Virus record (IMG/VR): IMGVR_UViG_3300045391_003815
Coordinates: 1 to 38,971 of that record
DNA length: 38,971 nt
Reading direction: 5' to 3' (one strand)
From: a virus
Shown here: piece by piece, positions 29,918 to 38,971 of the stretch
Layout of the letters: each line of letters begins with the position of its first letter
Numbering within the stretch: position 1 is the first letter of the stretch
Program-made: the position numbers and the translations under genes
Notes under the pieces: generated by a model
Told to the model about the DNA's origin: nothing
The model's input: only the letters and a program-made list of their open reading frames with translations
Databases searched by the model: none

Positions 29918-32874
29918 TTGCCCTTCAGTCGGGACATAATCTCAGGCACAGTCGGGGGCTGGTGCATTAGCTGCTCCTCAGGATCGACCGCGTCTAGCTG
30001 ATTAGGTTCCTGGTCAGGTCCTACTAGGGGCGCTTGTTCTCTGCCACCAAGTAGGACTTTGGTTGTATCCACCTGGCCATACTTGTTGAGGTTACTCAGC
30101 TGCCTGGCTTTCTCAATGTTAGAAAGGGATTTGCTGCGCTGTATCTCTTGCCTCACTAGGACAGCTGACTGCGGGTCCAGTGTCACGTTCGGCTTGGGAG
30201 AGTTAGCTCCATAGTACACAGCCTTAGCAAACTGATTGGCCAGATCGTTCTTCACGAAGTCAGGCAGGTCTAGCTCTTCGATCTTGTCGATAGTGACTAC
30301 ACCCTTGATGTCAGCAACCAGGTTGAGTACCTGCCGTGCCATCCTGGGGCCGTAGTTATCGGCGAGCGCACCGCCTACGACGCCAAGCATAATGCGTCTA
30401 GCCTCAGGGTTGCCAGTAGAGGAGGCAGCGCCGATGGTGCCCCAGAGGTTTACGTTGCGGCTACCAATCTTGTAGGTGCCATTGAACTGCAGCATGGTGC
30501 GCAGATCATCTAGGGACTGCACGAAATCCTTGTCGCTCATCTGGCCTAACACACCTAGCTGTGCCTTGAGTGCCTCTTTGCCATTCATCATGGTCTTGAG
30601 CTTGTTATCGATATTGAGCGTGTTCCAATTCTTGAACATGTCTGCAGCGTGCTGGGCGTCGTTCACTTCCTTCTCGGCTTGCTGGAGCTTCAACCACTTG
30701 TCGCTGTTCTGCATCTCTGCCTGCATCCTGTCCGCCGTTTTGTATGGGTCTTTAACGTCATCCAATCTGGTCTGGACGTCTCTCACCCTCTGCGCCTCTG
30801 GCAGCCCTTGCTTTATCTCATCCATCGCCCTGGGGCTTCTCGAGATAGCGAGTGCTTGCTGGGCGTCGTCAGTGATACCGGTGAAGTCCTTGCCTGTGCG
30901 CTGGCCCAGCTCATGGAGCACATCTCGGTGGAGGAAGTTATGATCGTCCCCCACGTTGCGGAGGAAGCTTACGATATCTCCAGGCTGCTTGATATGTTGG
31001 CTGACTCGCCCCAATGCCTGGGCAGAGTCTCTGGCCATGCCGATTGCCTCGCTCCACCCTGGAACCACCGCCAAGCGTTGATCGAGGTTAGCCCGCAGCG
31101 CCATCAGTGTCGCATCAGGTTTGGAGGCGATACCAGTGATAGAGCCTATCGCTTGAATATCGTCGTCAAGCTGGTCCACCATGCCACGTAGCTTGGAGGC
31201 AGAGACGTTCGGGCCCATCTTCTGTATCTGGGCCATGTAGTCGTCGATACGCGCCTGGGCCGCTCTGGCCTGTTGGCCGAGTGCTGTGTCATTGCCTTTG
31301 ATGTTGTACGACGAGCGGATCGCTTTGAGCTGGTCCATGATGCCAGGCAGCTCTTGCTGTGTACCATCCTCTAGCTCAACGACTGTCTTGCCTAGCGGGA
31401 TCTTCTCTTTGGACTGCGCTAGTACCCCTAACGCTATCTGTTTGCTTTGTCGTGCCTGGTTGCGGACTTGCTCCACGGAGTCTGACACTTCCTCGAAGTG
31501 ACGCTGCGGTAAGGAGCGCTTGAAGGAATCCAGGCCAGCCTTCTCTTCGCCAAAGGCCAGAGCCAGTTCCTTCTTTGCCTGCTCTAGTTCGTTCCTGATT
31601 GCCTTGTGCTCGAGATAGTGGTTCTGCTCCAGAAGGGTTTGAAGCTGGTCTACAGCCTCTTGAGCCTTATCACGGGTGGTTACCTTGTTCTGGAAGTCTG
31701 TCTTGATCTTGTCTACTGCGCCGTTAACCTCGTCAGCTAGCTTGGCTACCGTGGGGTTCTCGTTTCGAAGGCGCTCGATATTGGCCAGGTAGTAGTCAAT
31801 GGACTGCTCGTCGGGACCTAGGAAAGTGTGAATCCCTAGCTTACCTGCCTTGCCCAGTACCTTCATCGCAGGAGGTACAGCAGCAACACCAGCACCAAAC
31901 TTGAACGCTCCAGTAGCCGCTGCTATAGGGTTCTCCTGCTGGTCTGGATCTTCAAAGCCTGTGCGCGATAGCGCCTCGTTGCGGATAGCCTGCGCCTCGC
32001 CTACGTCAGCAGCTGCCTTGGCTCCGCCCCCTATCACCTTGCCCGTTTCCCTGAGCATGGTTTTCCAGATATTGGGATTCTCTTCGAAATACTTTGTGAC
32101 TGCTGCCGCCGTCTTCTCAGTGAGTTCAGGGGCATAGCGCTCCAGGGCGCCCGCTGCTCCTTTGCGTAGCATGCCACTAGGCTGGAAGAACGCACCAGCA
32201 ACCTGGGATGCAATATCCACGTCGCGGAAGTTGTCCTTCATCTTCTCGCGGCCTCTCACGTCCTGACTATAGTTCTGCTTCAGTCGATCGAGAGCATCAG
32301 AGAAGCTGCCGTTGCCAGTGAGTGGCTCGAGCGCTGTCTTGACGGCGGCGTTGTACCCAGACACCACTGGCTCTGACACGCCAAAGCTTGCGGTCTCAAG
32401 AGCGCTGCGCCCTGCTGTCTCTGTCAGATCGTCTGCGTTATACTTCTTGCTGTACGCATTGCCCAGGTCGCGCTCTTGGTCATAGTTCTTCCCAAGGCGT
32501 CTAACCATCTTCCCCATGTTCTCGCCGAGTGGAGAAGAGTCCTTGATGGTCTCAGCTGCTGCTTTGACTCCTGATACCACTGGCTCGCTTAGCCCCAGCG
32601 TCTGCTGCCGTACTAGGGATCGAATCATCCCTTCGTAGCGATTCCCGCCCTCTACTGCTGGACTGTCGTCGGTAGCAGCGTGAGCTTTGAGCTGGTCCCT
32701 CACTGCAGCTAACTGGTCAACGGGTAGCTTAGCCAGTTCACTGCGTAGGTCAGATGCCTTCTCGACTGGTTGATCTTCATCACCCTCTGCCGGCTGGCGC
32801 TTTGTGCGTAACGACGCAGCAATACTCTTCAGCTCGTCTAGTGACTTGTCTTGTAGTTCAGCCTTAGTCGGCAT
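29914..32874 (-). CDS. Large alpha-helical internal virion/ejection-type protein (986 aa)
   Basis: Last and largest gene of the structural block, directly before the lysis genes. Charged, helical composition. An internal repeat of about 42 aa spans aa 93-134 and 164-205. Confidence 0.55.
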   Translation of the reverse strand: MPTKAELQDKSLDELKSIAASLRTKRQPAEGDEDQPVEKASDLRSELAKLPVDQLAAVRDQLKAHAATDDSPAVEGGNRYEGMIRSLVRQQTLGLSEPVVSGVKAAAETIKDSSPLGENMGKMVRRLGKNYDQERDLGNAYSKKYNADDLTETAGRSALETASFGVSEPVVSGYNAAVKTALEPLTGNGSFSDALDRLKQNYSQDVRGREKMKDNFRDVDIASQVAGAFFQPSGMLRKGAAGALERYAPELTEKTAAAVTKYFEENPNIWKTMLRETGKVIGGGAKAAADVGEAQAIRNEALSRTGFEDPDQQENPIAAATGAFKFGAGVAAVPPAMKVLGKAGKLGIHTFLGPDEQSIDYYLANIERLRNENPTVAKLADEVNGAVDKIKTDFQNKVTTRDKAQEAVDQLQTLLEQNHYLEHKAIRNELEQAKKELALAFGEEKAGLDSFKRSLPQRHFEEVSDSVEQVRNQARQSKQIALGVLAQSKEKIPLGKTVVELEDGTQQELPGIMDQLKAIRSSYNIKGNDTALGQQARAAQARIDDYMAQIQKMGPNVSASKLRGMVDQLDDDIQAIGSITGIASKPDATLMALRANLDQRLAVVPGWSEAIGMARDSAQALGRVSQHIKQPGDIVSFLRNVGDDHNFLHRDVLHELGQRTGKDFTGITDDAQQALAISRSPRAMDEIKQGLPEAQRVRDVQTRLDDVKDPYKTADRMQAEMQNSDKWLKLQQAEKEVNDAQHAADMFKNWNTLNIDNKLKTMMNGKEALKAQLGVLGQMSDKDFVQSLDDLRTMLQFNGTYKIGSRNVNLWGTIGAASSTGNPEARRIMLGVVGGALADNYGPRMARQVLNLVADIKGVVTIDKIEELDLPDFVKNDLANQFAKAVYYGANSPKPNVTLDPQSAVLVRQEIQRSKSLSNIEKARQLSNLNKYGQVDTTKVLLGGREQAPLVGPDQEPNQLDAVDPEEQLMHQPPTVPEIMSRLKGK

Positions 32875-32875
32875 C

Positions 32876-33988
32876 TCATTCCCCTATGTTGAGGATTTCG
32901 TTTATTAGATCATCCTTCTCTTGCTGGCTCTCTGCATCGGTAGTGTAGCTCTCATCCAGGTTATCAGGAAGGATGCTCTGGATATCTTTCGGCGACATCT
33001 GCAGTCGGGCAGACCCAAGCGTGATCCATCGCTGACGGGCCTTGGTCTTAGCTGCGGTGTTAACCTTCTCCATGATGTCCAGGGTTCTCTTCAGCTCTTC
33101 GATATCTTTGGCTGTGGCCTTGTTGCTAAAGCCCTTATCCGCCCACCGCGCCAGCTTGTCCCAGTACGCCTGGCTACCAGCAACCGCTTTGAAGTCCTGG
33201 TCTGACGGGCGGCCTTGGTTGTAGATAGCTGCTAGTTTCAACTGCACCTTGGTCGCATCACTGGCGTTACCGCTGGCTATTAAGCCCTTAGCCTCTTTAA
33301 TACTCTTCAGAGCTTCCTGAGACTTCACGACATCAGGATCTTTCATGTATCCATTCTGAAGGTCTTTGGCGTTGGTCACGTCGAAGCGCTGCCCAATGAT
33401 ACTCTCAGTAGCGTTGTTGTGGCGCTTGGTCTCTTCGAATCTTTGCCGTTGTAGCTCGTCTTGCTGCTGCTGCCTAGTGAGCTTCTGCCCCGCTGCCATA
33501 GCCGCAACCTTCACCTTGGCCTTGTTCACGTCTAGAGCCTCGCGCTTGAAGTCCTGCGCTGCCTGCTCCTTCTCCTGATCCAGCCGCTCCTTGCGCAGTT
33601 CCTGTAGCGCACCAACGCCGGCCTGGGCTCCTGCAGCTCCTCCCATATTGCCACCAGCCACAGCGCCAATAAGCGCAGGAGCTGCAGCAATAACGGCTTG
33701 CCACATTAAGTCCTTATTCAAAGTATCGCCGTACTTAGGCTTCTCAGGCTCGGGTAGCGGAATGTCTTCCGGCTCGATAGCGTCGGGCTCAGGCGCTGAA
33801 GCGGGTGCAGCATCAGCTGCTGCTACAGTGCGCTCTTCCTCTGCTGGCTCCTCGACTACAGGAGCAACGCCACCCTTTGCCACCTTAGTGGCACGGTCAA
33901 GCCAGGAGGTATCAACCTTCTTGCGCTTGGGGTCCTGGTTTACCGCAGCTGCCCACTGCTCGAAACTGGGGCCTTGAAACTCTGCCAT
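32876..33988 (-). CDS. Internal virion-type protein (370 aa)
   Basis: Ala/Glu/Lys-rich with a Gly/Ala hydrophobic segment AVIAAAPALIGAVAGGNMGGAAGAQAG. Confidence 0.5.
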   Translation of the reverse strand: MAEFQGPSFEQWAAAVNQDPKRKKVDTSWLDRATKVAKGGVAPVVEEPAEEERTVAAADAAPASAPEPDAIEPEDIPLPEPEKPKYGDTLNKDLMWQAVIAAAPALIGAVAGGNMGGAAGAQAGVGALQELRKERLDQEKEQAAQDFKREALDVNKAKVKVAAMAAGQKLTRQQQQDELQRQRFEETKRHNNATESIIGQRFDVTNAKDLQNGYMKDPDVVKSQEALKSIKEAKGLIASGNASDATKVQLKLAAIYNQGRPSDQDFKAVAGSQAYWDKLARWADKGFSNKATAKDIEELKRTLDIMEKVNTAAKTKARQRWITLGSARLQMSPKDIQSILPDNLDESYTTDAESQQEKDDLINEILNIGE

Positions 33989-33998
33989 AAGGGTCTCC

Positions 33999-34793
33999 TT
34001 ATTTCTTCTGGCCTGACTGTGCCGCCTGTGCCTTCATGGCATCGGCTTGGGCCTGACCTACTACTTGCTGCATCACGCCACTGCGGTCTGCTGCTCCAAG
34101 GCCAGCGTAGCCAAACTCAGTGGTGAGCTGACCGATCTTTTCTTTGTTCGCTTGCTCTTGGTTGTACTGCTGTTTCTGCAGGCTGAGGGTATCGCTCTTG
34201 CCCACATCTCCGCTCATCGCATCCAGAGCCGCTCGGCGCTGTTGGATCTGGTTTAGCATCAGCTGCTGCTGAGCATCGGATTTAGAGGCGATAGCAGCCT
34301 TAGCCACCTGGGTATTCTGTCCAGCTGCAATACCGCTGTTGAGGCCCGCTTGATTCTGCCCTGCCTTGGCTGCCCGCAATGCCGTAGACATCGTGGAGTT
34401 CACACCCTTGTCGATGCCGTTCTGCATCGTAGCCATCTCCTCAGGAGTATATCCCTGGAGATTGGCTCTGCGCGCAGCGATGATGCTAGCCATGTCGGCA
34501 CTGGGCGCAGTGTCTATACGACCAAGCGCCCCGCTACCGAAGATCTGCTCTCCACGCTTCTGCCCCGCTGCCAGGTCCTGGTCGCGGTAATACTTCTGCT
34601 GTGCGATCTTCGCGTTCATGTCCCGGTCCATGTTGGGAGGAGGCGGGGCAGTGAGACCGACGCGACCAGCAGTGACGTCACCCATGGTGCCACGTCCCAG
34701 CTCGCCGCCAGTGTCAGGAGCCATGCTCATGCCCCCCACTGGGCGGCCAAGCATGTTTCTTTTCTGGTCTATTAAATTAGCGGTTGTTGCCAT
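33999..34793 (-). CDS. Gln/Ala/Gly-rich internal virion-type protein (264 aa)
   Basis: ORF in the gene train with low-complexity helical composition. Confidence 0.5.
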   Translation of the reverse strand: MATTANLIDQKRNMLGRPVGGMSMAPDTGGELGRGTMGDVTAGRVGLTAPPPPNMDRDMNAKIAQQKYYRDQDLAAGQKRGEQIFGSGALGRIDTAPSADMASIIAARRANLQGYTPEEMATMQNGIDKGVNSTMSTALRAAKAGQNQAGLNSGIAAGQNTQVAKAAIASKSDAQQQLMLNQIQQRRAALDAMSGDVGKSDTLSLQKQQYNQEQANKEKIGQLTTEFGYAGLGAADRSGVMQQVVGQAQADAMKAQAAQSGQKK

Positions 34794-35310
34794 GTTCTAA
34801 CTCCATCTCCCAGGTTATCAGCTCTGGACCTTCATGGATAACGACGCGCTTGCCATAGGTAGCCTTGAGCAGCTGCTCAGGAGGATTGGCAACCCGCGTC
34901 TGGAAAAATATCTTCCTCGTGTCATGACCCACTGCGTCAACGTACATTTTTATGGAACCGGCGCCACGCCGATCCGCATACATAGCCCTAACCAGCATCA
35001 GCCCTGGGTAGGGTATCTCGTAGATCATGAAGCCAACTATATCTTTACCACGTCGCGTTAAAGTTATCTTGTGGCCCTCGAATAGATGCCAGAACAGCCT
35101 GGCTTCAATCGTGGGTACCTCCAGCCCATCGACAATGGTCTTGCCGTTAGGGTCAGACTGGTGGACTTCAACCATGAACCGATAAAACACAGGCAGGAAG
35201 TCTTCGAGGTCTTTCTGCTCGAAGTCTTCCAGCCTTACTTCAGGAAGATCACTGTAGCGGTAACTGCGCTCGCCACTGTGTTCTTCAGGTACACGTAATT
35301 GCTCGTCCAT
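34777..35310 (-). CDS. Hypothetical protein with weak GNAT-like segment (177 aa)
   Basis: LMLVRAMYADRRGAGSIKMYVDAV loosely resembles GNAT motif A; 76-nt overlap with the upstream ORF. Confidence 0.4.
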   Translation of the reverse strand: MDEQLRVPEEHSGERSYRYSDLPEVRLEDFEQKDLEDFLPVFYRFMVEVHQSDPNGKTIVDGLEVPTIEARLFWHLFEGHKITLTRRGKDIVGFMIYEIPYPGLMLVRAMYADRRGAGSIKMYVDAVGHDTRKIFFQTRVANPPEQLLKATYGKRVVIHEGPELITWEMELEHGNNR

Positions 35311-35591
35311 TCTGTATCTCCATCGACGATGCCAGTCCCTGTGGATCTCACAATAATCCGTCTAGTGGGGATGCTACCGTCTCGAAATCCGTTTCTAATC
35401 GCTAGCTCGCTGCTAGCTGGGATAGTGCCTGACCATTCAAAGGACTCAAAGTTATTGATGAGGTCAAGCTTGCTAAGCCCGTTGCGCAGCTCTCGTACTA
35501 GCGAGGCAAGCTCTTTACCGAGATACCGTGCCACCACGTCTAGGCTTGCACTGGCTGTCTCTTTGAACTCGGTGAAGTTTGCGAATTTCAT
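35235..35591 (-). CDS. Hypothetical virion protein (118 aa)
   Basis: 4-nt overlap with the upstream nozzle-like gene. Confidence 0.55.
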   Translation of the reverse strand: MKFANFTEFKETASASLDVVARYLGKELASLVRELRNGLSKLDLINNFESFEWSGTIPASSELAIRNGFRDGSIPTRRIIVRSTGTGIVDGDTEWTSNYVYLKNTVASAVTATVIFLK

Positions 35592-38098
35592 TTCTTAAGC
35601 TCCGGCCTGAAGGGAGCTGCTATCTCTACTTCCCACGCTGTGAGGTGGCAGTTGGTCTGGTGCTCTGAGTTACTAAACTTCAACCTCTGGGAGTAGAAGC
35701 GACCTCCACTGAGCTTGTTGGTGAAGAACGGCTCTACTGGGTTGCCATAGGGCGCAGTGCCATAGTCACCAGAGCCATAACCATCACTGCTACTCTCTAC
35801 ATCAAAGTCTGCCCAGCTTGTGTCAGGAACAAAGTTGCTCTCGGTTACGACGTTGAGAGTGGGATTGTTGTTCGGAGTCTCACCCACCTGGTAGCCACGT
35901 ACCCTCAGGAATTCCTTCAGGACTCCCGCCTCGCCTAAGGTCTCCCAGTTACCTGCATACTCCCAGTCGATTGGCTCGTTGTTATCCTCATATGCCCAGG
36001 CATCAATCAGTGTATGTCGTCGATAAAGGATGTGGTGCACAGCTCCAGCGAAGTCACTGTAGCGGCGTTCCTGGAAGTAGAACTCATCCCCAAAGATGGC
36101 AGCGCCACCACTGAAATCCATGTTGTCCCACTTAAGCCAAGCGCCAGAGTCAAAGCCAGCAGCATAGTCCCATACGTACAGGAGTGAGTTGTCATTGGTG
36201 TAGACGTTACCGCCTGACTCACTCTCAGCAGGAAAGAAGATAATGTACTTCTTGGCAGAGCGATCATTCACAGCAATCGCTCTACGGAATGCTAGCTTCT
36301 CTTCATCACTCAGCAGGCCCTGGTCGCAGATAGGCTCTATCCTGCTGCCACCGTCCTCGTTTTCTCCCAGTGGCTTAGGAAGGGCACCGGCCATCATGTG
36401 GTAAGGCCCACGGTCACTCATCCAGCAGAGATGACCTTCCACGTCCTTCATGCTGTTGTGAGCCACCACCCCAATGGAGCCAGCGAGCCAGTCAAACCTA
36501 AGCTTATTGTCTGCTATGGTGCCAGACATAATGCACATGGATTGGCCCTTGCCGATGGCGAAAACTTCATTGCAGGGTGCCATGCCTGAGATGATATCAC
36601 CCGCGATAGTCTCGAGGTTCTCACTGTTCTGGTCACTGGGGAAATACTCTGGACCGTCCACATCCGACCAAGCGATATCGTTCGGCATGTTATCGCCACC
36701 ACCGCCTACCATCTGGTTCTGGAAGGCTGAGATGTACTTCATCTTAGGTGGTGCAGAGCGGTCAGTGACAGGCTCTATGAGCTGCACTGATAAGCTAGCG
36801 TCAGCAGCGTTATCCACATAGGTCTGCGTGGACGCAAAGGAGTTGTTTGGGATCTGGACTAGCTCGTAGTAGACGCTGCCCAGAGTGAGGTTGCGGAAAA
36901 GCTGGATGCGGAGATTATTGGAGATGACATCGTTGTCAGCCACAGTCACAGCATCCCCTGCCACAGTGATCGACGTGGTGCTGATCGCAGTCACCTCACG
37001 CTCAACATAGGCCGCGCTCACGCTGTCGTAGAAGTAGGCAGTGTCGCCTACCTTCATGGTATGGACGCCACCAGAGCCATTGTCCACGGTTATAGTATTA
37101 ACGGCGACCTGGGCGCCGTTAACGATTGCGCAGTTGGTGTTAAAGCCTGTACCAGCCTGGATGTTAGGAACGGTCAGGTTGACCTTTTTAGAGCCCACTG
37201 CCGTGCCTACCGCCGTACTGTGTAGGTTTCCTTCCACGGTATTGCCAGCTGCGTCCACTTGTACATATCTGCCCTGCCAAATATAGGTCCCGTTGGGGTT
37301 ACCGGCAGTCAGAGTAACGCCCACGATCAGCGAACTTAGGTCAGGTAGCCCGGCGCGGTAGAGGGTTTGTCCATCATACTTGTGGACGTAGTCCTTACCG
37401 CCAGCCGAAATGTAGAGAACGTTCTGCAGCACCACAGCAGCAGTGATCTCGAAGTCATCGTTGTTCCTCGAGGCGTAGTAGTTAGAAAACGGGTTGGTGA
37501 CGGTGGTGTTGATTGCAGACCAGTAAGCCGCATCGCTCGAGGCATCGGCAGCAGTCAGATCAAAGTCTCTGACGATCTTGAGGAACGCAGCCGGGACAGT
37601 GTTGTCTCCAGTGACCACGGCTGTGAAGTCGCTAATGGCATTGATAGCAGTGGCTAGGCTAGAGAGAGTGACAGGGCTAGCTTCGTCGAAGCCAAGGCCC
37701 AGATCCATATCCAGGACGTTCGTGTCGCCCACGAGAATCTGGCAGCGATAGACTTCAGTGTCGGTGTCATAAAAGAGATTGAAGATAGCCGTCGTCTCTG
37801 TGCCACCATAGGACACGGTGAGCGTCGAGAATAGGAGCTTCGATGCGCCCTGGCCAATCCCGACAACCTCTGGCTCCGCCGTACCTGCCGAGTTCCTACG
37901 ATCATAAGCAAACAGCCCATAGCCTACGGAATTCGCGGCGTGGGCCTGGTAGCCAGGTCGCTTTACGATCTCGCCAGATTTCGCGTATTGGGCATTCAGT
38001 ATCTCGGTAGCAAACACAGGCAGACGATTGAGATCCGTTGCCTTTAGGTCCAGACCGAAGTGGTTCTTGTACCTCTTTATATGCTTGTAAGCCGCCAT
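35588..38098 (-). CDS. Large tail protein, nozzle / tail-tubular-B-like by size and position (836 aa)
   Basis: Beta-rich 836-aa ORF following an adaptor-sized gene, matching the gp11-gp12 order of T7-like podoviruses; no motif-level confirmation. Confidence 0.5.
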   Translation of the reverse strand: MAAYKHIKRYKNHFGLDLKATDLNRLPVFATEILNAQYAKSGEIVKRPGYQAHAANSVGYGLFAYDRRNSAGTAEPEVVGIGQGASKLLFSTLTVSYGGTETTAIFNLFYDTDTEVYRCQILVGDTNVLDMDLGLGFDEASPVTLSSLATAINAISDFTAVVTGDNTVPAAFLKIVRDFDLTAADASSDAAYWSAINTTVTNPFSNYYASRNNDDFEITAAVVLQNVLYISAGGKDYVHKYDGQTLYRAGLPDLSSLIVGVTLTAGNPNGTYIWQGRYVQVDAAGNTVEGNLHSTAVGTAVGSKKVNLTVPNIQAGTGFNTNCAIVNGAQVAVNTITVDNGSGGVHTMKVGDTAYFYDSVSAAYVEREVTAISTTSITVAGDAVTVADNDVISNNLRIQLFRNLTLGSVYYELVQIPNNSFASTQTYVDNAADASLSVQLIEPVTDRSAPPKMKYISAFQNQMVGGGGDNMPNDIAWSDVDGPEYFPSDQNSENLETIAGDIISGMAPCNEVFAIGKGQSMCIMSGTIADNKLRFDWLAGSIGVVAHNSMKDVEGHLCWMSDRGPYHMMAGALPKPLGENEDGGSRIEPICDQGLLSDEEKLAFRRAIAVNDRSAKKYIIFFPAESESGGNVYTNDNSLLYVWDYAAGFDSGAWLKWDNMDFSGGAAIFGDEFYFQERRYSDFAGAVHHILYRRHTLIDAWAYEDNNEPIDWEYAGNWETLGEAGVLKEFLRVRGYQVGETPNNNPTLNVVTESNFVPDTSWADFDVESSSDGYGSGDYGTAPYGNPVEPFFTNKLSGGRFYSQRLKFSNSEHQTNCHLTAWEVEIAAPFRPELKK

Positions 38099-38101
38099 GC
38101 A

Positions 38102-38971
38102 TTAACACAGGTAATCGTCGTTAATAATAGGGATGCCTCTGGATACTCTATTGGGCTTCTTATAGGCCTCAGTGATCTGAGCCTCCATCCCGTCTAGTTC
38201 TTCTTTGCCCTCTTTACTGTCGTAAGAGCTGTCCCGTTTTAGGGCTCTCCAGGTCATATAGGCCAGGAGGTAGCGCTCACACTGCTGCGGCAGAGAGGGG
38301 TGGGAGCTGTGATATTCACCAGCAACAACATAGTCGCCCACAGCGATGGTCTCACCACTCGCGAAAGTAAAGTCAGAGTCCACAGTCACAACGCCAGTCG
38401 TCTGGTCTATATCGGTGATCGGGATACCCTTCATCTTCACCGTGCCGTATTTATCGACGACAGTGAGGAAGCCCACCAGTACAGCGTACTCGGCGTCGTC
38501 CCCGGATAGCTCCGTAGAGTCCAGGGTGAGAGCAGTGATGCTGCTAGCACCTAGCGTAACAGCACTGACTTTGCCTCGCCGCTTGTCTATTCGGGGCAGA
38601 ATCTTTTTGTATGTGACCCTGAAGACACCATTATTGTTGGTGGGAATCGGGTTAGCCAGGATTTGACCAGACTGCAGCACATAGCTGTCAGGATCACCAG
38701 TCAGGCCCTGGCCGCGTTCCCGTAGCTCTATTGACTCTAGGTCCCTGTACTCGTCTTCCTGCCCGTTGCAAGAAAACTCGACGTTTTCAATGTAGGCACC
38801 TAGGTGCAGCAGAGCTGGGAGATCGTAGGCCTCTTGATTAGCTACGGCGTTAATCAGCTCAGTCTGTTGGAAGAGCGGGGCGTTAACCGCTGCAATGATA
38901 GACTGCAAGCGCTCTTGGGCATTGCTTGCCCATTCGCAGAAGTCCTCATCCTGTAGGCCAGTGCTATCCGA
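38102..38971 (-). CDS. Body of the wrap-around structural gene (about 309 aa in total with 31..90); adaptor / tail-tubular-A-like by position
   Basis: The track ORF 38102..38908 starts at a TTG. The frame is open upstream to 38971 and continues at 31..90 to an ATG coupled (ATGA) to the preceding gene. Confidence 0.6.
   Translation of the reverse strand, partial: SDSTGLQDEDFCEWASNAQERLQSIIAAVNAPLFQQTELINAVANQEAYDLPALLHLGAYIENVEFSCNGQEDEYRDLESIELRERGQGLTGDPDSYVLQSGQILANPIPTNNNGVFRVTYKKILPRIDKRRGKVSAVTLGASSITALTLDSTELSGDDAEYAVLVGFLTVVDKYGTVKMKGIPITDIDQTTGVVTVDSDFTFASGETIAVGDYVVAGEYHSSHPSLPQQCERYLLAYMTWRALKRDSSYDSKEGKEELDGMEAQITEAYKKPNRVSRGIPIINDDYLC
38942..38971. repeat. Terminal 30-nt direct repeat, copy 2
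   Basis: Identical to 1..30. Confidence 0.95.

Noticed and set aside
29914-32874. The 986-aa helical protein interpreted as a siphovirus tape-measure protein.
   Set aside because: It is followed directly by lysis genes rather than distal-tail/baseplate genes. No major tail, sheath or chaperone-frameshift genes are visible. The gene order fits internal/ejection proteins of podoviruses better.
1-38971. Searched for an integrase or recombinase, an excisionase, partition genes or att-like repeats that would indicate a temperate lifestyle.
   Set aside because: None was recognisable. Two HTH regulators alone are not evidence of lysogeny.

Overview
The window is a complete, circularly closed dsDNA phage genome. 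The first 30 nt are identical to the last 30 nt, giving about 38,941 bp of unique sequence, and one structural gene reads through the junction. It has two transcription units. They diverge from an ORF-free control region at 19546-19962 and converge, with overlapping gene ends, at 27605-27624. The minus-strand unit (19545 down to 1, wrapping to 38971 and down to 27605) starts with early and accessory genes: HTH regulators, small membrane peptides and a sigma-region-2-like protein. It then carries a tightly coupled exported-protein module (thioredoxin-fold lipoprotein, RyR-domain protein, Lar-like zinc ribbon, papain-family C1 protease, Ig-like protein). A podovirus-like late module follows: TerS-like, TerL, portal, scaffold, major capsid, fibre proteins, adaptor/nozzle-like proteins, internal virion proteins, a lysis cassette with an NlpC/P60 endolysin, and a VRR-NUC nuclease. 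The plus-strand unit (19963-27624) holds early and replication genes: a Sak4-like ATPase, a helicase-loader-like protein, an orphan IS66 Orf1/Orf2-like pair and an XRE regulator. No polymerase, helicase, primase, integrase, tRNA or CRISPR array was recognised. The most unusual content is non-coding. A roughly 0.9 kb ORF-free island (21160-22068) combines a C-rich repeat tract, GC palindromes and a same-orientation GTACGTG array. An ORF-poor 566-nt gap (23646-24211) holds an orphan promoter-terminator unit, a candidate sRNA. The divergent control region is mirror-organised. All product calls come from motifs recognised by eye; no database search was run.
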